From Minisyncoccota bacterium (GTDB taxonomy: Bacteria; Patescibacteriota; Minisyncoccia; Phycocordibacterales; DATDWN01): a stretch of 64,000 nt of DNA. The stretch spans positions 304-64,303 of the forward strand of contig DATDWZ010000008.1 in NCBI GenBank assembly GCA_036517295.1. The letters run 5' to 3'. Positions within the stretch are counted from its first letter, which is position 1. The number at the start of each line of letters is the position of its first letter. The position numbers were made by a program, and so were the translations under genes. Below are positions 58,949 to 64,000 of this stretch, piece after piece. Below the pieces are notes generated by a model that searched no databases, had not been told where the DNA came from, and saw nothing but the letters and a program-made list of their open reading frames with translations.

Positions 58949-58982
58949 AAAAAAGGCGGAGGTTTGCAGTCCCTCCGCCTTT
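58949..58982 (-). terminator. Intrinsic terminator
   Basis: AAAGGCGGAGG..CCTCCGCCTTT hairpin with a T run on the minus strand. Confidence 0.7.
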
Positions 58983-59101
58983 GCCCGTCGCCGACGCCAT
59001 CTGGGTTGGGCTCTCCGGCCCGCTTCCTCACCAGTGACGCTCCGCGCCGTCTTACCTCTTTTGGCCCACCATACTTCGTACGCAGGGCCGGCGCCCGCCG
59101 A

Positions 59102-59269
59102 TCAGCCGCCCGCCGTCGCGTCGGAGTGCGTGCCGTGGCTGTTGGCCGCCGTCGCCGCGCGCGTCGTGTGGTTGGTCGGAATCATCGTGCCGGCGCCCTT
59201 GGGCGTCGCGTTGATGTCGAAGTTATCCAGTCCGGCGCTCGCGCCGTGATCGCTCCGCATTCGTCGCAT
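59102..59269 (-). CDS. 55-aa very GC-rich orphan peptide (below the ORF track cutoff)
   Basis: TTGACG-17-TAAAGT promoter, GAGGTG Shine-Dalgarno; MRRMRSDHGASAGLDNFDINATPKGAGTMIPTNHTTRAATAANSHGTHSDATAGG. Confidence 0.5.
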   Translation of the reverse strand: MRRMRSDHGASAGLDNFDINATPKGAGTMIPTNHTTRAATAANSHGTHSDATAGG

Positions 59270-59567
59270 GGTCACCTCGTTGGCTCTTGGGTCGAAACAA
59301 CAATCAGTAACAGAAGACTAAACTTTACCATACCCCTCTCTTGCCGTCAAGTATTTTATATTGTTAAATATGAGAATCGCAAAAATATGGCTTAAAATAA
59401 CGAAAATCCGCAGGAGGGCGTTACTCCCACGGATGTCTATCTCGTCATGTACTGTTCGGTCAACCTTTGCACTGCCCTTGAGGCGTGTGTGCGTATGACC
59501 TACCGTTTACTGTCCTTGCCTCCCCATTGCCTAAACGCCGGGTGGGGGTAAAAAAATTGTAGCATAT

Positions 59568-60122
59568 TCACTCAGAATCACCAATCAATTTTTTAAGACT
59601 TGGACCTAGATATACAAATGTTAAATAAGCAACTACCACACCGAGAATCATTCCACCTAAAATATCCGATGGATAATGAACTCCAGCCATAACCCGTGCA
59701 ATGGTCATGAGAAGTGAAGCTATGAGAAACCAAATCCCCCACTTTTTGTTATAGAGATAAATAGCGAAAGAAAAAGCAAAAAAGAAACTGGCGTGTCCCG
59801 ACGGAAACGAGTAAGAATTTTCCGTAAACAACGACTGTATGTCATAAGTCAGAAAAGGTCTCGGACGATGATAGAAAAGTCGGATAAACTCCTCGACTGC
59901 GTATTTTGTAAACAGAGCGGAAAAGAAGACAACCCCCGCCAGCCATATTTTTTCTCTAAAAGAAGATGATTCTCGATAAAGTAACACAAGAAATGCTATC
60001 GGTAAAACAAAAGCTAAGTAAACAGCGAAAAAAACTATCGCCTGGTCTACCACTCCATAATTCCCAACCACAGTATTAAGCATAAGAAATATGAAGACAT
60101 CAAGGTTGGTAAAGAATTGCAT
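59568..60122 (-). CDS. PAP2-family phosphatase (undecaprenyl-diphosphatase, BcrC-like)
   Basis: RPRPF, SFPSGH and ARVMAGVHYPSDI motifs. Confidence 0.85.
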   Translation of the reverse strand: MQFFTNLDVFIFLMLNTVVGNYGVVDQAIVFFAVYLAFVLPIAFLVLLYRESSSFREKIWLAGVVFFSALFTKYAVEEFIRLFYHRPRPFLTYDIQSLFTENSYSFPSGHASFFFAFSFAIYLYNKKWGIWFLIASLLMTIARVMAGVHYPSDILGGMILGVVVAYLTFVYLGPSLKKLIGDSE

Positions 60123-60173
60123 CATATAGTAGAATGATATCATAATAACTTTATAAATTAATACTAGAATCTC

Positions 60174-60866
60174 ATGAATATGGAAAAATTATCGGTTCCA
60201 ATAGCAATCGTCATCGCCGGAATCCTCATCGCCGTAGCGCTTTATTATTCGAATATAAACCCTCCGAAACAAGTCGTGAACACCGCGCCGACTGGCACAT
60301 CCGGCGACATAGAAATGCGGGCTATTACGTCGGAAGACCATATTCTAGGAAATCCTAATGCGGATATAATTATCGTCGAATATTCTGACCTTGAGTGTCC
60401 GTATTGTAAGGCCTTCCACTCAACACTGAAACAGGTCATGGCGGACTATGGTTCAAATGGTAAAGTAGCTTGGGTATACAGACACTTCCCTATTGATCAA
60501 CTGCATTCCAAAGCTAGAAAAGAAGCCGAGGCTACCGAATGTGCCAACGAACTAGGTGGTAACGAAAAATTCTGGCAATATATAAATATGCTTTACGATA
60601 CTACAAACTCGAACGACTCTCTCGATTTGGCCCAACTCCCAATCATCGCTAAAAACGTAGGTCTAGATGTTAAGGCTTTCAACGAGTGTCTCTCCAGCGG
60701 AAGATACTCTGCCAAAGTCGAAGCTGACTACCAAGACGCGGTCAAAGCTGGAGGAAAAGGCACCCCAAACTCGATTCTGGTCTCGAAAGACGGTACAAAA
60801 ACAACGGTCCAGGGAGCACAGCCATATGCAAACTTGAAAGCAATAATCGACGCCCTACTTAAGTAG
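60174..60866 (+). CDS. DsbA-family thiol-disulfide oxidoreductase
   Basis: EYSDLECPYC, YRHFP, GTP and GAQP motifs. Confidence 0.9.
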   Translation: MNMEKLSVPIAIVIAGILIAVALYYSNINPPKQVVNTAPTGTSGDIEMRAITSEDHILGNPNADIIIVEYSDLECPYCKAFHSTLKQVMADYGSNGKVAWVYRHFPIDQLHSKARKEAEATECANELGGNEKFWQYINMLYDTTNSNDSLDLAQLPIIAKNVGLDVKAFNECLSSGRYSAKVEADYQDAVKAGGKGTPNSILVSKDGTKTTVQGAQPYANLKAIIDALLK

Positions 60867-63809
60867 TTTTCTATAAGCACAATACTGACAATTTTTATCT
60901 TCACAAGTCTCACTCCAAAAAGCCAGAGTGGTTATTTCTTGAACTACGGTTTTTATAGTTCCTGATAGCGCCTCCAGATCTTTATCTTCTATTTCAAATT
61001 CTTCTCGGTTGTAACCCCCCGAGTCGTTTGGCTCCAAAAACTCGATAATTCCGGATACCATCTCCGTCCCGTCATATAGTTTCAAAAGCAGTTTGTAGAA
61101 TTGCAATTGACGAATCAAATCTCCGTTGGAATTTCGAGTCTTACCTTCTATGTCGTTACGGGATCTTTGCTTACCTGTCTTATAATCCGTAACTATCACT
61201 TTGCCTTTTTTCAAAACTTCAACCTTGTCCAAGTTTCCGGATAGGATGACACCGTCGGATAGCTCGACGCCGTTTATTTTAAACTCTGTAATTACCGGAT
61301 TGGTTAGTATGGGCCTGGACCAGTCAAACCAGCCGGAAAGAGACTTTTTACCGCGGGCCAGAGCCTCCTCTGCCTCCCTAGGCGACAATATGCCTAAAAG
61401 TCCTAAATGCCTCTCATAAGAATCAAGAAGGAATTTTAAACTCGGTTCCCTATCTTTTGCCACTCGCCACAAATCCTCAACCGCCGAGTGTATAGCAATA
61501 CCATAAATCTGATGTTTTTCGGGAGAACTGGGAATACGCAGTAGGTTTCTATAAAAATACTTCCACGGACAAGATAAGTAGTTATTCAGAGCACTAACCG
61601 ATAAGGGGTGTGAGTGAAATAATTCCCCAACAAAATCCTTATCTATCTTCAATACTCCCGGAGCCTTTCTTTCGGTAAATAATTTCTGCGGATTCTCCAA
61701 GAGACTTTTTTCGAACTTGGTCGTATCCACTATTTCCTTTTTATCATCCCTTATTTCCAGAATAAAAGGCGACGGCAGAACATCCCTACCGTTTTCGTCA
61801 TACGAAGAGTAAGTTATACAAACTGACTTCTTGGCTCGGGTCAGGGCCACATAAAACAACCTCCTTTCGTCTTCTATTGAATTTTTCTCCATACTGACAT
61901 CGCTATCGCCTTTAATATACACCGCCGGAAGGAGGGGCAGATGGTCCCTGTCACTTTTTTCACCAAAAGATGTCTCGGTGGCATTCACGATAAAAACATG
62001 CTCAAACTCCAAACCTTTCGAGCCGTGGGCTGTCATAAGACGAACGGCATTTTCGGCAACATTGTGTCTTGGGCGCTTTATAAACAATTTATGCTCCCGT
62101 AAAACATCGATGTAGTGCATAAAATCTTTAAACTCCGCGCCGGCCTTATTAGTGGCAATCCTTTTACCTTCGGTAAACAATTTTTCGATACCGAGAAAGG
62201 CTCCGGCGTCACGCGAAGAAATCATTGAATCCAAAATGCCGGACTCCCGCAATATCTTTTCCAAAAATTCCGACAGGCTCGATGTATTGGCCGACTTGGC
62301 CCATGATTTGATTTTTCCTCCCAACTCTTTTATTGCTTTATTTTCAGAATCAGAAACCAGGTCGTAAAGAGAAACTTTACTTTTTGACGATTCGGCGATA
62401 AGTCGATATGAATCCAACGGGTCGATATCGAACTCGTCTATATGTAGAACCGGAGTCAAAAACTCTCCATCGCCATAGTGGTAGACGGCATCAAAAACAG
62501 CCAGGAGTTTCCGGACAAACCTCTCCGAGAGCAGGTCCTCATCGGATTCTATGGTATATGAAACCTTGGCTCTTTCCAAAGCCTCGGCCACGACAAAAGC
62601 CTCCCTGTTGGACCGATATAATACCGCAATCTCTCTCGGCGACACGCCTCCCGTTTCGATAAGACCCTTTATTTTATCGGCCACAAAATGAATCTCGTGA
62701 TTTTTATTTTTGAATTCGGCGATGCTTATCCCGGGATTATTTTTTATTCCACCTCCGGCTTTTAGTGCATTTTTTCCGGGCAAAACAGAATGAGCTCCAT
62801 CCAGTATGTTCTGTCCAGAACGATAATTTGTGACTAGTTCTATTATTTTCACCTTCGGATATAACTTCTTTATATAGAAAAAATTCTGAATAGAGGCTCC
62901 TTGAAAACGAAATATTGCCTGCTTCTCATCGCCGACAATAAAAATGTTCGGGTTTTTATGAAAATCACACAAAAGCTCCATGATTTTGTTTTGGGCATTA
63001 TTGGTATCTTGATGTTCATCAACCAAAATATATTGATGGTTTTCCTGAAGTTGTAGTTTCAAATCGTCGTTTGACTCCAGCGCACGCCGAACCTCCATTA
63101 TCATGTCGCTCCAATCATACAGTCGTTTCTCTCTCAACACCTTTTGATACTCGGCGTATAGCAACTGTAATTCCATATTCTTCGCGATAGTTCTTTCGAG
63201 CTTCTTATAATCCCCCTTCATTTTACCCTTATGGGCTCCTTTTTCATGATATAAATCATCTTTTTTTCTGAACTTTTTTTCTTCGGTCGCTACGATTTTT
63301 TTGAACTCTTCCGGAGTTATATCTTCCCGCTTTAATTCCTCTATTTTTTTATTTATGTCACGCAGATAATGCAAAGGCTCTCCCCATGGCCGTAAAATGT
63401 CCAAAGTCAGTTTCTCGACCAATCCTTCCAAAATAGAAAGTGATTCAACTTGGGTTATGTGAGCCGAACCTATAATAGTCGGAAAATATTCCGGATAATC
63501 TTTTATTATGTTGTTACAAAACGAATGAAATGTCTCTATAACCGTCCTGTACGCCAAAGCACCTATAAGTTGAGAAAGTCTTCGGCGCATATTCCCTGCC
63601 CCGGCGTCGGTAAAAGTAAGGGCTAAAATATTTTCCGGTCGAGTATCTGTCTTTTTTAAAATATTGGCAATACGAAGCGTAAGTATCTCCGTCTTGCCCG
63701 TTCCCGGACCGGCCACAACCAAAACCGGACCGTCTATGGTATTGACGGCTTTTTTCTGCTCGGCGTTTAAGTTTTTATATCTCTCTTCAAAATTATCAGT
63801 AATCGACAT
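60855..63809 (-). CDS. UvrD/PcrA-type helicase fused to a PD-(D/E)XK nuclease with probable Fe-S cysteines (AdnAB/AddAB-like)
   Basis: AGPGTGKT, VDEHQD, NYRS, TAHGSKGLEF and YVALTRAK; C-terminal YLSCP..GNLDK..DYKTG..C...C..C. Confidence 0.9.
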   Translation of the reverse strand: MSITDNFEERYKNLNAEQKKAVNTIDGPVLVVAGPGTGKTEILTLRIANILKKTDTRPENILALTFTDAGAGNMRRRLSQLIGALAYRTVIETFHSFCNNIIKDYPEYFPTIIGSAHITQVESLSILEGLVEKLTLDILRPWGEPLHYLRDINKKIEELKREDITPEEFKKIVATEEKKFRKKDDLYHEKGAHKGKMKGDYKKLERTIAKNMELQLLYAEYQKVLREKRLYDWSDMIMEVRRALESNDDLKLQLQENHQYILVDEHQDTNNAQNKIMELLCDFHKNPNIFIVGDEKQAIFRFQGASIQNFFYIKKLYPKVKIIELVTNYRSGQNILDGAHSVLPGKNALKAGGGIKNNPGISIAEFKNKNHEIHFVADKIKGLIETGGVSPREIAVLYRSNREAFVVAEALERAKVSYTIESDEDLLSERFVRKLLAVFDAVYHYGDGEFLTPVLHIDEFDIDPLDSYRLIAESSKSKVSLYDLVSDSENKAIKELGGKIKSWAKSANTSSLSEFLEKILRESGILDSMISSRDAGAFLGIEKLFTEGKRIATNKAGAEFKDFMHYIDVLREHKLFIKRPRHNVAENAVRLMTAHGSKGLEFEHVFIVNATETSFGEKSDRDHLPLLPAVYIKGDSDVSMEKNSIEDERRLFYVALTRAKKSVCITYSSYDENGRDVLPSPFILEIRDDKKEIVDTTKFEKSLLENPQKLFTERKAPGVLKIDKDFVGELFHSHPLSVSALNNYLSCPWKYFYRNLLRIPSSPEKHQIYGIAIHSAVEDLWRVAKDREPSLKFLLDSYERHLGLLGILSPREAEEALARGKKSLSGWFDWSRPILTNPVITEFKINGVELSDGVILSGNLDKVEVLKKGKVIVTDYKTGKQRSRNDIEGKTRNSNGDLIRQLQFYKLLLKLYDGTEMVSGIIEFLEPNDSGGYNREEFEIEDKDLEALSGTIKTVVQEITTLAFWSETCEDKNCQYCAYRKLLK

Positions 63810-63889
63810 GAATATAGAATAGCATTTTTTAGAAAAAGCCTCATGGCCCGGGTGTGACCCAAAAATCGGGTACACCCGGAACACGAAGC

Positions 63890-64000
63890 TCACTTCCCGC
63901 CAGCCATGGACTCCGGAGCGACCAGCCGCAGAACCCGATTGGCTAGAACCTCCGCCGAATCATGGCGGGACAGGAACATTACCAGACCCGCAAAGACGAC
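63890..64000 (-). CDS. 3' end of a GC-rich ORF cut by the window edge
   Basis: Open frame ..VVFAGLVMFLSRHDSAEVLANRVLRLVAPESMAGGK-stop, followed by hairpin CCGGGTGT..ACACCCGG. Confidence 0.4.
   Translation of the reverse strand, partial: VVFAGLVMFLSRHDSAEVLANRVLRLVAPESMAGGK

Noticed and set aside
59102-59269. Lanthipeptide precursor (NFDI resembles an FNLD leader)
   Set aside because: No cysteines and no modification or export genes in the window.

Overview
This window looks like the chromosome of a Patescibacteria (CPR, Parcubacteria-like) bacterium. The assignment is inferred from gene content, AT-rich core genes and apparently leaderless promoters. Core blocks are: mraZ-rsmH-ftsL-ftsI-murF; lysS-cfa-greA; mreB-mreC-mreD-mrdA; proS, rseP, frr, holB-like, a second mreB, priA-def-fmt, hpf, typA, truB-like, hisS, dsbA and a UvrD-type helicase-nuclease. 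A tRNA-Asn(GUU) gene is split inside the anticodon (between positions 35 and 36) by a 246-nt group I intron. It is also the apparent integration site of a ~10-kb AT-rich island carrying a large serine recombinase, type III R-M, an Xis-like HTH, a nuclease, a protease, a TerS-like protein and a PIN protein. An ECF sigma/anti-sigma pair sits among five matching promoter motifs. The first ~4.6 kb is a GC-rich mosaic of recombinase and defence gene fragments with an attP-like palindrome. The least explained signals are: (i) four ~100-bp inverted-repeat elements, each ending on the start codon of a gene; (ii) several stand-alone structured non-coding transcription units, notably two in tandem between lysS and mraZ; (iii) GC-rich single-gene expression cassettes between core genes; (iv) a HisRS with no anticodon-binding domain. 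No CRISPR array or rRNA was seen. All calls come from reading motifs by eye; no database searches were run.
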